A program made the position numbers and the translations under genes. 64,000 bases of DNA from Chloroflexota bacterium (GTDB taxonomy: Bacteria > Chloroflexota > Dehalococcoidia > GIF9 > UBA5629). This document shows positions 9,118 through 17,819 of this stretch, piece by piece. The notes below the pieces were generated by a model that saw only the letters and a program-made list of their open reading frames with translations, was not told the DNA's origin and did no database searches. How positions within the stretch are numbered: the first letter of the stretch is position 1; each line of letters begins with the position of its first letter. The DNA is taken from contig VGOP01000003.1 in the NCBI GenBank assembly GCA_016875875.1, positions 98,687 through 162,686 on the forward strand. The letters are read 5' to 3'.

Positions 9118-10654
9118 GAGTTCTCCCTTTAAGTGTAATCACGTGTATGGCACAAGCCAGGCAGGGATCGAAGGAGCGGATAATACGCCCGAGCTCAAAG
9201 GGATTCTTTTCATCCTTTATCTTGGTACCGATAAGGGCTTGCTCTACCGGCCCTGGCTGCCCATTGTCATCTTTAGGAGACATATTCCAAGTGCTTGGCA
9301 CGACGCACTGATAATTGGCAATTTTCTTATCTTTAATCTCGATCCAGTGTCCCAGAGCACCTCGGGCACCGTCAACCAGCCCCATTCCGAAGGCTTCGTC
9401 GGGTAAGGTGTAATCTATGTAAGCTGGTTCGCCGGGCTTGAGCTGGAGCAGCCACTCGGGCATAGAATCGGCCAGGAACTTGGTGTAGAGGGCACGGGCA
9501 GCATGGCGGCCGAGTACTGAGAATAGAGCATTGGGGCTGGCGTTAAACTTGGAGAGCACGGAATCAACCAGTTGCTTTACCGTTGGCTCGCCGCTGGCAT
9601 AGGTAGCTGCTATACGGGCCAGCGGACCAACTTCATAGACTTTGCCATCGTACCGAGGAGCTTTCACCCATGAGTAGGCATCTTTCTTGCCCATCTGAGG
9701 CTCGGTCATACCTTTGGACGGATGCTTGCCGGTGCTCGACTCGGCATACCAGGAGTGTTTCACATACTCCATAATCTTGTTCGTGTCGATGGCACCAAGC
9801 TTGAGGTCGGTTGAAATCGTTCCCTGCTTCATAAACCTCTTCCTCTTGGTGTAGTCAGGATTATTGCCTTCGAGGTCGAAACTTCCGTAAGAAAGCAGAT
9901 TGCCGCAACCGGCGCCGATTTCGAAATAGTCAGGATAGGCTTCAGCTACTGCCAGGACATCAGGAATATAGACATTGTTGACGAAGTCCCTTAGCTCATT
10001 CAGCATCCACAGGAAAGAGGCTATTTTGTCTACGGTAACCGTCGCAGTGACTCCGCCCGGGATGACTGCCATATTGTGGGGCATTTTGCCGCCGAAAATA
10101 ACCAGCATTTCCTGCCCCTTGCGCCTCATCTCCAGAGCCTTGACATAATGAGCCAGGGCGCCTATGTTCATCTGGTCGCTGAGCCGGTAATCGCCTTCGT
10201 AGCGAGGCACAAATGGGGCCAGCTCTCCTCGCTTGGCAAATTCTTTGACTGAATTCAAATCTGGGTCGTTGCCATCGTACTTGAGCGCCTTGGTGACGTC
10301 CACGTAATCCAGAGCTGCCAGATGATAGAAGTGCAGTATGTGGTCGGAGACGTGGGCTGCTCCCAGTATGAGATTGCGGATAATCCGGCCGTTATCGGGT
10401 ATCTTATCGGCAAGACCAAAAGCGCTATCCAAATTCAGAGTGGCGGCTATAGAATGGCTTGTGGGACAGACGCCACAGATACGCTGAGTATACATTTGGG
10501 CATCACGGGGGTCTCTACCACGGAGGATGATTTCGAGGCCTCGGAACATCATGCCTGAACTGTGAGCCTCTTTTACCACACCATTCTCGGTGACAACTTC
10601 AACCTTAAAATGTCCTTCAATACGAGTGACAGGGTCAACTACAATCTTGCTCAA
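9095..10654 (-). CDS. [NiFe]-hydrogenase large subunit
   Basis: N-terminal VTRIEGH...RICGVCPTSHS (L1) and C-terminal DPCLACAIH followed by a short cleavable tail (VITLKGRTLGIHKVR). TTG start preceded by AAGGAG. Confidence 0.9.
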   Translation of the reverse strand: MSKIVVDPVTRIEGHFKVEVVTENGVVKEAHSSGMMFRGLEIILRGRDPRDAQMYTQRICGVCPTSHSIAATLNLDSAFGLADKIPDNGRIIRNLILGAAHVSDHILHFYHLAALDYVDVTKALKYDGNDPDLNSVKEFAKRGELAPFVPRYEGDYRLSDQMNIGALAHYVKALEMRRKGQEMLVIFGGKMPHNMAVIPGGVTATVTVDKIASFLWMLNELRDFVNNVYIPDVLAVAEAYPDYFEIGAGCGNLLSYGSFDLEGNNPDYTKRKRFMKQGTISTDLKLGAIDTNKIMEYVKHSWYAESSTGKHPSKGMTEPQMGKKDAYSWVKAPRYDGKVYEVGPLARIAATYASGEPTVKQLVDSVLSKFNASPNALFSVLGRHAARALYTKFLADSMPEWLLQLKPGEPAYIDYTLPDEAFGMGLVDGARGALGHWIEIKDKKIANYQCVVPSTWNMSPKDDNGQPGPVEQALIGTKIKDEKNPFELGRIIRSFDPCLACAIHVITLKGRTLGIHKVR

Positions 10655-10657
10655 TTT

Positions 10658-11554
10658 CTATTTCTCCTTTCCTCGGAGTTTGCCTATAGCGGGCATGTTG
10701 GCGTCGCTTAATTTCTGATAGACAGGAGCCACCAAATCGGGAAATCCGGGCTCGCAGCAGCCGATGCAGGGCGAACCGGCATCGATGCACCAGTTTGTTC
10801 CATGGTTCCATTTCCTCAATGGGCAATCTGCATGAGTAACCGGCCCCTTGCAGCCAAGCTCGTTGAGGCACCCAGGCTCCCCGAACTTCCTGGCAAATTT
10901 TCCTTCATCAAAATAGGCTCGTCTGGGACAATTCTCATGTATTAAATTACCGTAGAAAACCTTGGGGCGTTTAAGTTCATCTAAATCTTCTGGTTTAGGT
11001 AAGCCTAGAAGCAGCACGGAGGCGACCGTGCCTATGAACCAGTCGGGGTGGGGTGGGCAACCTGGTAGATTGACTAAGGGCTTGTTGATTTTGCACGATT
11101 TCAAAAATTTGTCGGTGCCGATATAACCACCGGGGTTAGGCTTGCCAGCAGCGATACCGCCGTAGGCAGCGCAGGTGCCCAGGGCGATGACTGCCAGAGC
11201 ATCCTTGGCTAAAGCTTCAACCCGCTCTGTCATGGGCACCGGTTTGTCGTTTTTCTCACCAAGTGCTCCGTAGATACCACCATCTTTGGTGGGTATGGCG
11301 CCTTCGACTACCAGAACATAGCCGCCTTTATTTGTCTCTGGCATATTTTCGAGGACATGAATTGCGGCTTCTCCTTCGCCAGCCATTACGGTCGCCTGGA
11401 ATTTCAGGCTTACATGTTTACCGGGTACAACTTCATCGATAAGGACATTCTTGATGTTTGGGCTAACTGTATTGAGGACTGTGACTGAACATCCGGTGCA
11501 AGTACCTGTCTGTATCCAGACAACCGGAATTTCTTGAACGTTTGCTTTAGGCAT
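10658..11554 (-). CDS. [NiFe]-hydrogenase small subunit, no Tat signal peptide (cytoplasmic type)
   Basis: MPKANVQEIPVVWIQTGTCTGCSV... proximal cluster motif right at the N-terminus; further Cys ligands (CAAYGG, GCPPHPDW, CPRRAYF, CLNELGCKGP, CIGCCEPGFPD). Start moved to ATG with AAGGGGG SD; the track start is an upstream TTG. No RRxFxK motif. Confidence 0.85.
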   Translation of the reverse strand: MPKANVQEIPVVWIQTGTCTGCSVTVLNTVSPNIKNVLIDEVVPGKHVSLKFQATVMAGEGEAAIHVLENMPETNKGGYVLVVEGAIPTKDGGIYGALGEKNDKPVPMTERVEALAKDALAVIALGTCAAYGGIAAGKPNPGGYIGTDKFLKSCKINKPLVNLPGCPPHPDWFIGTVASVLLLGLPKPEDLDELKRPKVFYGNLIHENCPRRAYFDEGKFARKFGEPGCLNELGCKGPVTHADCPLRKWNHGTNWCIDAGSPCIGCCEPGFPDLVAPVYQKLSDANMPAIGKLRGKEK

Positions 11555-11703
11555 TCGACCCCCTTTCTTTGCCAAGAGTTGCCAACCGCAAATTCTACAG
11601 GTTTGTGGCGATTAATGCAAGTAGATTCGGTGGCAATTTTTAGATAGGGGTAGCACTCCCTAAACTATACTGCCACTTCTCTTAGCAGAAGGACGAGGAA
11701 ATC

Positions 11704-12024
11704 TTATGGCAACTTGCCCCTCTTCTTCCTTCTTTCTACTATTCTATCCTCTCTCCTTTTGAGATAGCTCGTCCCGATTATACTGAGGGAAGTCAATGCT
11801 ATTGCTGCCCCTATAAGAATATAAAATGCAGTGAACAGGCGGCAGGCGTCAGAAGTCGGGTGCAAGTCTCCGTAACCGGTTGTGGTAAAGGTCGAAACAG
11901 AGAAATAGAAGCATTGAATCCATGTCCATCCCTCAAAATATCTATATGTCACCGTGCCCATTATAATAACCATTATTAACGCGAAAGAAGCGGATACTAT
12001 TTGTGCTCTTATGTTTGATAACAT
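11704..12024 (-). CDS. Minimal two-TM potassium channel (Ion_trans_2 / KcsA-like pore domain), 106 aa
   Basis: TM1, pore helix and canonical K+ selectivity filter TTTGYGD, then TM2 and a basic C-terminal tail (KRREDRIVERRKKRGK). ATG preceded by AAAGGGGAG. Confidence 0.7.
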   Translation of the reverse strand: MLSNIRAQIVSASFALIMVIIMGTVTYRYFEGWTWIQCFYFSVSTFTTTGYGDLHPTSDACRLFTAFYILIGAAIALTSLSIIGTSYLKRREDRIVERRKKRGKLP

Positions 12025-12050
12025 GGCTCCCCTTTCCTGAACGTACTTTC

Positions 12051-12082
12051 AATTAAAAACGTGCATTCTTTTTCATGCAAAG
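12051..12082 (-). terminator. Weak intrinsic-terminator-like hairpin downstream of hypE (TGCAT-loop-ATGCA followed by CGTTTTTAATTG on the minus strand)
   Basis: Short 5-6 bp stem with a T-tract on the minus strand; a second GC hairpin (GCCCTTG...CAAGGGC) lies nearby at ~12103-12124. Confidence 0.25.
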
Positions 12083-12187
12083 CATCAATAAGGCATACAG
12101 TATTGCCCTTGGCTCTTTACAAGGGCTGATAAACATAAGGTTTCGTTCTTCCCTGCTTAGCAAGGGAGGAGGGATGGGTTGCTAGAA

Positions 12188-13195
12188 CTAGCATATCCGG
12201 GGCAGAAGCTCTCCGCTAAGCATATCAACGATGCGGGATGCCCCGAGCCGCGTCTTCATTATCACCTTGCCTTTGTACTCATCGGTTACCTCACCGATGA
12301 TGGCAGCTTCGGCACCATATTGATTCCGTTTCATCTTGGCCAGAACCATTTGGGCATCGTCTGCGGTGACTATAGCTACCAGCTTGCCTTCATTAGCGAC
12401 ATAAAGCGGGTCGAAGCCGAGAAGCTCGCAGGCAGCTCGTACGCCATCATGTATAGGTATCTTTCCCTCTTCTATCCTGATGCCCACTTTGGACTGTTTG
12501 GCAAATTCGTTGAGTGTGGTGGCTAAGCCGCCTCGAGTTGGGTCACGCAGGGAATGAATTTGCGATGAGTCTTCCGCCATCTGCGACACCAGTTTGTTCA
12601 AGGGGGCGCAGTCGCTTTGAACTGGGACTGAGAACTTCAGCCCTTCGCGCTGGCTCATCACCGCAATGCCGTGGTCGCCGATGGTACCGCTGAGGATAAT
12701 TTTGTCGCCTACTTTGGCATTAGCCCCTGATATATCTATACCCTGTGGGACGATACCTATGCCCGAGGTGTTGATGAACAGTTTATCAGCACCGCCCCGG
12801 TTTACCACCTTGGTATCGCCGGTGACTATCTTCACTCCAGCTTCTTCAGCGGCAGCTTTTATTGAGCTGACTATCTTTTTCAGTTCGCCGAGCGTTAAGC
12901 CTTCTTCTATAATGAACGATAGGCTCAGGTACAGTGGTGTGGCTCCGCTCATGGCTATGTCGTTAATGGTGCCGCAGACAGCTAGCTTTCCAATGTCGCC
13001 GCCGGGGAAGAAGATGGGACTAACTACATAGCTGTCAGTGGTGAAGGCAAGGCGACCGCTGAGGTCGAAAACTGCCGAATCGTCCAGTTTGGCTAATAGC
13101 GGATTGGCTAGAGGCGGCAGGAAATTTTTCTCTATCAGCTCATGACTCAGCCGGCTGCCGCTGCCATGAGCCAGCAGGATTATTTCATCATCCAT
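12188..13195 (-). CDS. hypE: Hydrogenase maturation factor HypE (carbamoyl dehydratase)
   Basis: PurM-like fold, C-terminal PRIC motif ending the protein. Confidence 0.9.
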   Translation of the reverse strand: MDDEIILLAHGSGSRLSHELIEKNFLPPLANPLLAKLDDSAVFDLSGRLAFTTDSYVVSPIFFPGGDIGKLAVCGTINDIAMSGATPLYLSLSFIIEEGLTLGELKKIVSSIKAAAEEAGVKIVTGDTKVVNRGGADKLFINTSGIGIVPQGIDISGANAKVGDKIILSGTIGDHGIAVMSQREGLKFSVPVQSDCAPLNKLVSQMAEDSSQIHSLRDPTRGGLATTLNEFAKQSKVGIRIEEGKIPIHDGVRAACELLGFDPLYVANEGKLVAIVTADDAQMVLAKMKRNQYGAEAAIIGEVTDEYKGKVIMKTRLGASRIVDMLSGELLPRIC

Positions 13196-13222
13196 AATCA
13201 GCTCCGTACTTATAGTAGAGAA

Positions 13223-13281
13223 TGTAGGGCCAGGTCTTTAGACCTGTCCGAGGTGGACAGACCTGAAGGTCTGTCCCTACA
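13223..13281. repeat. 59-nt near-perfect palindrome between hypD and hypE (arms TGTAGGGCCAGGTCTTTAGACCTGTCC / GGACAGACCTGAAGGTCTGTCCCTACA), followed by GTTTTTCTCC
   Basis: Read directly; related half-elements (TGTAGGG..AGG[C/T]CTTTAG[A/G]CCTGTCC) at 42862..42888 and (GTAGGGACAGG) at 43305..43315. Confidence 0.5.
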
Positions 13282-13326
13282 GTTTTTCTCCTTACAAAGG
13301 AGAGGGGGATTAAGGGGGTGAGGTTG

Positions 13327-14412
13327 CTAAACAATTTCATATTGATAATAAGCGGCACAGGCACCTTCTGAAGATACCATGCATGGCCCTACAGGTTGCT
13401 CTGGAAAACAGGCCTTGCGGAATAGCTTGCACTCATTAGGAGTCTTTACACCGCGAAGGATATCGCCGCAGATGCAGCCCTTCGCTTCTCGGACCGGCTC
13501 CAGGGTTACTGAAAAGGCTAGCTCGGCGTCGAAACGTCCGTATTCCTTTCTCAGTTTCAGGCCGCTGGCTGGAACAACGCCTATACCTCTCCAATCGGCG
13601 CCACTGACTTCAAAAACGCTGTCCATTAGCTTTAAGGCTGTTATGTTACCTTCAGGCTTAACGCCACGGCGGTAGGCTATCTCCACCCGCGGCTTGCCGC
13701 TTTCGATTTGCTCCACCAGCATGGCTACGGACTGCAGAATATCCAGCGGCTCGAAGCCTGAGACTACGCAGGCAACGCCGTAGTCGCGGGGGATGAATTC
13801 GTAGTGACGAGAGCCAATTATGGCACTGACATGCCCAGGGCAAACGATGCCGTCCAGCTTGAGCTCACCCAAATCAAGGATAGCTTTCATTATTGGTGGG
13901 CATAGCTTCAGCAGGCAGAGGACGTAAAAGTTTCTGATTCCTTCATTTTCAGCCTGAAAAATGGAGGCGGCGATGGTTGGGCTGGTGGTCTCAAAGCCGA
14001 TGCCGATGAAGATAACCGACCGTGTTGGGTTGTCCCTGGCAATTTGCAGAGCATCTTGGGTGGAGTAGACAATGCGGATATCAGCCTCTTCTGCTCTGAC
14101 TTTCTGCAGGCTGGAATAGCTGCCGGGGACTTTCATCATATCGCCGAAGGTGGTGATAATGACATCGGGCAAGCGGGCCAGGGCAATAGCTTTATCTATA
14201 TCGGCGTTGGCGGTAACACACACCGGGCAGCCCGGGCCAGAGAGCATCTCTACAGTTGGGGGAAGAAGCTGGCGGATACCGTTTCTCATGATGGCTACGG
14301 TGTGCCCGCCGCAGAACTCCATCAGCCTGGCTGGCCTTTTCGACAGTTGCTCTATTCTGGCTACCAGCTTTTTGCCCAGCTCAACATCCCGGTATTCATC
14401 AATAAATTTCAC
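13327..14412 (-). CDS. hypD: Hydrogenase maturation factor HypD
   Basis: MKFIDEYRD..., GPGCPVC and CPVC... Fe-S/CxxC motifs; GTG start sharing a base with the upstream stop (TAGTG). Confidence 0.9.
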   Translation of the reverse strand: MKFIDEYRDVELGKKLVARIEQLSKRPARLMEFCGGHTVAIMRNGIRQLLPPTVEMLSGPGCPVCVTANADIDKAIALARLPDVIITTFGDMMKVPGSYSSLQKVRAEEADIRIVYSTQDALQIARDNPTRSVIFIGIGFETTSPTIAASIFQAENEGIRNFYVLCLLKLCPPIMKAILDLGELKLDGIVCPGHVSAIIGSRHYEFIPRDYGVACVVSGFEPLDILQSVAMLVEQIESGKPRVEIAYRRGVKPEGNITALKLMDSVFEVSGADWRGIGVVPASGLKLRKEYGRFDAELAFSVTLEPVREAKGCICGDILRGVKTPNECKLFRKACFPEQPVGPCMVSSEGACAAYYQYEIV

Positions 14413-15137
14413 TATTCGACTCTTTCTTCCAGGACAGTTTCACCAGCAAGCTTCCCGTTGGTTAGCTGCAACAACGCCTGCTCGGCTTGCTCGAGATTAT
14501 TTGCCAAATCTTCAAGAAGGCTTAGATACTCTGCAGACTTGTTTTTAAATTTATCCAGGTACTTCTGCTTTATCGCCGGGTCTGAGTTACCGATGCTGTC
14601 CCCAATGTTAGTGAGGACGTACTCATTAGTATTCTTGTAGCTCATGGCTAAGTGCTCTGCGCCATTCAGCGTCGACTGAAGCTGGTTGCACAGATCCAGC
14701 CACTGGGGCATGGTGGAATTATCGGACGGCCTTGTTGCTCGTACCTTTTCCGCCATCTCTAAAGACATATCGCAATAAAGCACTAGAGTCCCTGCCGATT
14801 CTGGCCGCGGCAGCATCTCGGGCAGGGGGATCCACTTACAGCCGCTGCTTTCATCAAATGACCCTTTTGTAGTCACATACTCACCCAGCTTACATACGTC
14901 ACTCGGCGGCACTTCCAGGCCAATAACGGAAAACTCATCCCAGGTGAAATCTTTGAGCTCCAAGGCTATACCACGAGTCTCCTCAATATAACCCTTCATC
15001 GCATCATAGGGGTCGACAGGCTTGCGTTCCTCAATTCGGTTGAGACTTCTGGGGACCCACAATAAAGCCAGGCCGGCGAGCAAAAGCACAACTCCAGCAA
15101 CCAAAGCGGCATGCAATACGTACCTATTCCGCTTCAT
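14412..15137 (-). CDS. Hypothetical N-terminally membrane-anchored protein embedded in the hyp operon (no recognisable family)
   Basis: KRNR followed by a hydrophobic helix (LHAALVAGVVLLLAGLALLW), then a ~200-aa soluble domain with scattered Cys and a C-terminal coiled-coil-like segment. Start overlaps the hypC 3' end and the stop overlaps the hypD start. Confidence 0.5.
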   Translation of the reverse strand: MKRNRYVLHAALVAGVVLLLAGLALLWVPRSLNRIEERKPVDPYDAMKGYIEETRGIALELKDFTWDEFSVIGLEVPPSDVCKLGEYVTTKGSFDESSGCKWIPLPEMLPRPESAGTLVLYCDMSLEMAEKVRATRPSDNSTMPQWLDLCNQLQSTLNGAEHLAMSYKNTNEYVLTNIGDSIGNSDPAIKQKYLDKFKNKSAEYLSLLEDLANNLEQAEQALLQLTNGKLAGETVLEERVE

Positions 15138-15354
15138 CGCCAAGCCTCACCATCTCCTCCAATATCTTCAGTGTCTCCTGGGCTTCGGCTTCGTCGATAA
15201 CGTTTATGGCATAGCCGGTGTGTAGCAGGACATAATCGCCGACCTTGGCCTCCGGGGTAAGCATTATGCTGACTCGGCGTTTTACACCGCCGATTTCCAC
15301 CTCAGCTTCATTGCCGTCTATCGAAGTAACCTGTACTGGAACAGCTAAACACAT
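15124..15354 (-). CDS. hypC: Hydrogenase maturation factor HypC
   Basis: N-terminal MCLAVP motif, 76 aa. Confidence 0.85.
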   Translation of the reverse strand: MCLAVPVQVTSIDGNEAEVEIGGVKRRVSIMLTPEAKVGDYVLLHTGYAINVIDEAEAQETLKILEEMVRLGDEAE

Positions 15355-15364
15355 AGTTTTCCTT

Positions 15365-17668
15365 TCAACTGAAATTGGCGATGACGGCCTGGCCTAAGGA
15401 GATACCGCCGTCATTACATGGCACCTGCTTATGGGTTAACACCGAAAAGTCGACAGATTCAAGCAAAGGCACGACTTTTCTTAGCAGCAACCGATTCTGG
15501 AAGACACCGCCGCTCAAGGCTACCCGGTTAATTCCGGTCTTCTTGGCTATCAATTGACACATCTTGCATATCATCTGGGCTGCGGTATTGTGAAATCGGG
15601 CTGATATTGTAGCTTTAGACACGTCTTGATATAAATCCTTGACTATGGCAGAAAGCAGCTCTTTGAGCTGGATGATATTTGTCCCATCATGCTCAACTAT
15701 AGAATATGGGTAACTGTCACTGCCGACTTCATCGCCAGCATCATAGGCTGCCATCTCAAGCTCGACAGCTGCCTGACCTTCATAATCTATCTCGCCCCTG
15801 ATGCCTAGCAAGGCTGATACGGCATCGAATAGACGCCCCATACTCGAAGACAATGGTGAGTTAAGTCCGGTCTGGATTTGCCGCTTGATAAGCTCAATTT
15901 CAACAGCATCAACTTGCTTCAAGAAACCTAGTTTGGGGCTGATGGAGTCCTCTCCCAGTAGCTTGAGAAGGTAGCCTATGGCAGTTCGGTACGGCCTTCT
16001 GATGGCAGCAGCTCCACCGGGCAAAGGGAGGTACTCAAGGTGCCCCATTCTCTGGAAACCTTTGTAATCAGCGGCCAGAAATTCTCCTCCCCAGATGCGC
16101 CCATCGCTACCATATCCCGTGCCGTCTAAAGCCACACCGATAACCGGCGACTCTACTCCATTGTCAACCATACAGCTAACGATGTGGGCATGATGGTGCT
16201 GAACCGGCACGAGCTTAAGATGGCTGAACTGGCTACCCAGCTCCAGCGCGTATTTGGTTGAAAGGTATTCCGGATGGAGGTCATAGGCAACGATTTCAGG
16301 CTCGATACGGAACAGCTTTTTATACAGAGCTAATGTGTTTTCGAAATGTTCCATGGTCTCCAGGTTTTCCATGTCGCCGATATGCTGGCTGATGAAGGCA
16401 TAATTGTCTTTGGTTAAACAGAAAGTGTTCTTCTCCTCAGCACCACAGCCGAGCACCTGCTTAGCTGTGAAAGGTAGGTGAATAGGATACGGTGCATAGC
16501 TGCGAGCACGCCGTGTAAGCTGGAGCTCGCCTCTTTCGATGACAGTCACACTGTCGTCATACCTGGCATGTATGTCACGGTTATGGACCAGGAAGCAATC
16601 AGCAATTCCCAAGAGCCGTCTGACAGCCTCATCGTTATCTTTGGCAATCGGCTCCTCGCTGATATTGCCGCTGGTCATTACCAACGGCAGTCCTATATCT
16701 CTGAGCAAGAGATGATGCAGTGGAGTGTATGGTAGCATCACACCAAGGTATTTAAGGTTTGGAGTTACTGCCTCGCATACCGTGGACTCTGGCTTCCACC
16801 CCATCAGCACTATTGGACTCTGCGCCGATGTAAGCAGCTTTTCTTCTATTTCAGATACGTAGCAATGTCTCTTAGCTTCCTCTATGTCGGCGACCATTAT
16901 GGCTAGTGGCTTGAATGGGCGTCTCTTTCTCTGGCGCAGCAGTTCAACAGCTTTCTCACTGGTGGCATCGCAGGCCAGGAGAAAACCACCCAGACCCTTG
17001 ATGGCAAGAATTTTTCCTTCTTTGAGAAGACGGCTGGCAATGACAATGACGTCGGATGTTTCGACATGATTTCCCTTGACATCGAGCAGTTCCAGCTCTG
17101 GCCCGCATTTGGGGCAGGCATTGGGCTGAGCGTGGAAACGGCGGTCTAAAGGGTTTTTGTACTCTATCTGGCAATCAGTGCACATCTGAAAGGAGCGCAT
17201 GGTGGTTTTGGGACGGTCGTAGGGAATGTCTTCTATAATGGTGAAGCGGGGGCCGCAATTGGTACAGTTAGTGAAGGGGTAATGGTAGCGTCTGTCTTCG
17301 GGGTTGAAGATTTCCTCAAGGCAGGCCAGGCAAGTAGCGATGTCCGGAGACACCAGTTGATATTTGTCTGCTTCGGCGATGCTACTACGGATTTCAAAGT
17401 TTGTGTAGTCTGTCGGCGGATGATAGGTAACAGTTATGCTTTCTATGCGAGCCAGCGGCGGTGCCTTATCTTGGAGGTCAAACAAGAAACGCTTCAGATC
17501 TTTGCTTTCACCTTGAACTTCAATTTTAACATCCTCGGAGGTATTGCAAACCCAGCCTTTCAGGTTGTATTTAGCAGCCAGCTGATAAACGAAAGGCCTG
17601 AAGCCAACCCCCTGAACCACGCCGCGAGTGCTTATTCGAGCTAATTCTACTGTTCCAACTCTAGCCAT
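15365..17668 (-). CDS. hypF: Carbamoyltransferase HypF
   Basis: Acylphosphatase domain (VQGVGFRPFVY), two Zn-finger CxxC pairs (CLACLEE...CTNCGPRF; CTDCQIEY...CPKCGP), YrdC-like and Kae1/YgjD-like domains. Track start is TTG; ATG two codons in (MARV...). Confidence 0.9.
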   Translation of the reverse strand: MARVGTVELARISTRGVVQGVGFRPFVYQLAAKYNLKGWVCNTSEDVKIEVQGESKDLKRFLFDLQDKAPPLARIESITVTYHPPTDYTNFEIRSSIAEADKYQLVSPDIATCLACLEEIFNPEDRRYHYPFTNCTNCGPRFTIIEDIPYDRPKTTMRSFQMCTDCQIEYKNPLDRRFHAQPNACPKCGPELELLDVKGNHVETSDVIVIASRLLKEGKILAIKGLGGFLLACDATSEKAVELLRQRKRRPFKPLAIMVADIEEAKRHCYVSEIEEKLLTSAQSPIVLMGWKPESTVCEAVTPNLKYLGVMLPYTPLHHLLLRDIGLPLVMTSGNISEEPIAKDNDEAVRRLLGIADCFLVHNRDIHARYDDSVTVIERGELQLTRRARSYAPYPIHLPFTAKQVLGCGAEEKNTFCLTKDNYAFISQHIGDMENLETMEHFENTLALYKKLFRIEPEIVAYDLHPEYLSTKYALELGSQFSHLKLVPVQHHHAHIVSCMVDNGVESPVIGVALDGTGYGSDGRIWGGEFLAADYKGFQRMGHLEYLPLPGGAAAIRRPYRTAIGYLLKLLGEDSISPKLGFLKQVDAVEIELIKRQIQTGLNSPLSSSMGRLFDAVSALLGIRGEIDYEGQAAVELEMAAYDAGDEVGSDSYPYSIVEHDGTNIIQLKELLSAIVKDLYQDVSKATISARFHNTAAQMICKMCQLIAKKTGINRVALSGGVFQNRLLLRKVVPLLESVDFSVLTHKQVPCNDGGISLGQAVIANFS

Positions 17669-17819
17669 AAACAAATGAATTGTACTTCAGGCGAGTGCCG
17701 AGGGCAAATTTGAAATCTTTTCTTCGCAGATTCGCCTACACCTGCTTGACAGCGATGATATATGGTGCTACGATAGCCTCGTTATCCGAGGCATAACACA
17801 TTATGTTAACTGGAAAGGC

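Noticed and set aside
10658-11575. Longer N-terminal extensions suggested by the ORF track for the hydrogenase small subunit, HypF, the hyp-embedded unknown, the peptidase, metF, AE2, the PNPOx-like gene and the 44373..45272 hydrolase
   Set aside because: The track extends to the first in-frame start, including TTG/GTG. In each case a downstream ATG with a Shine-Dalgarno sequence and a family-typical N-terminus is present, and the extension would overlap the upstream gene or a hairpin.
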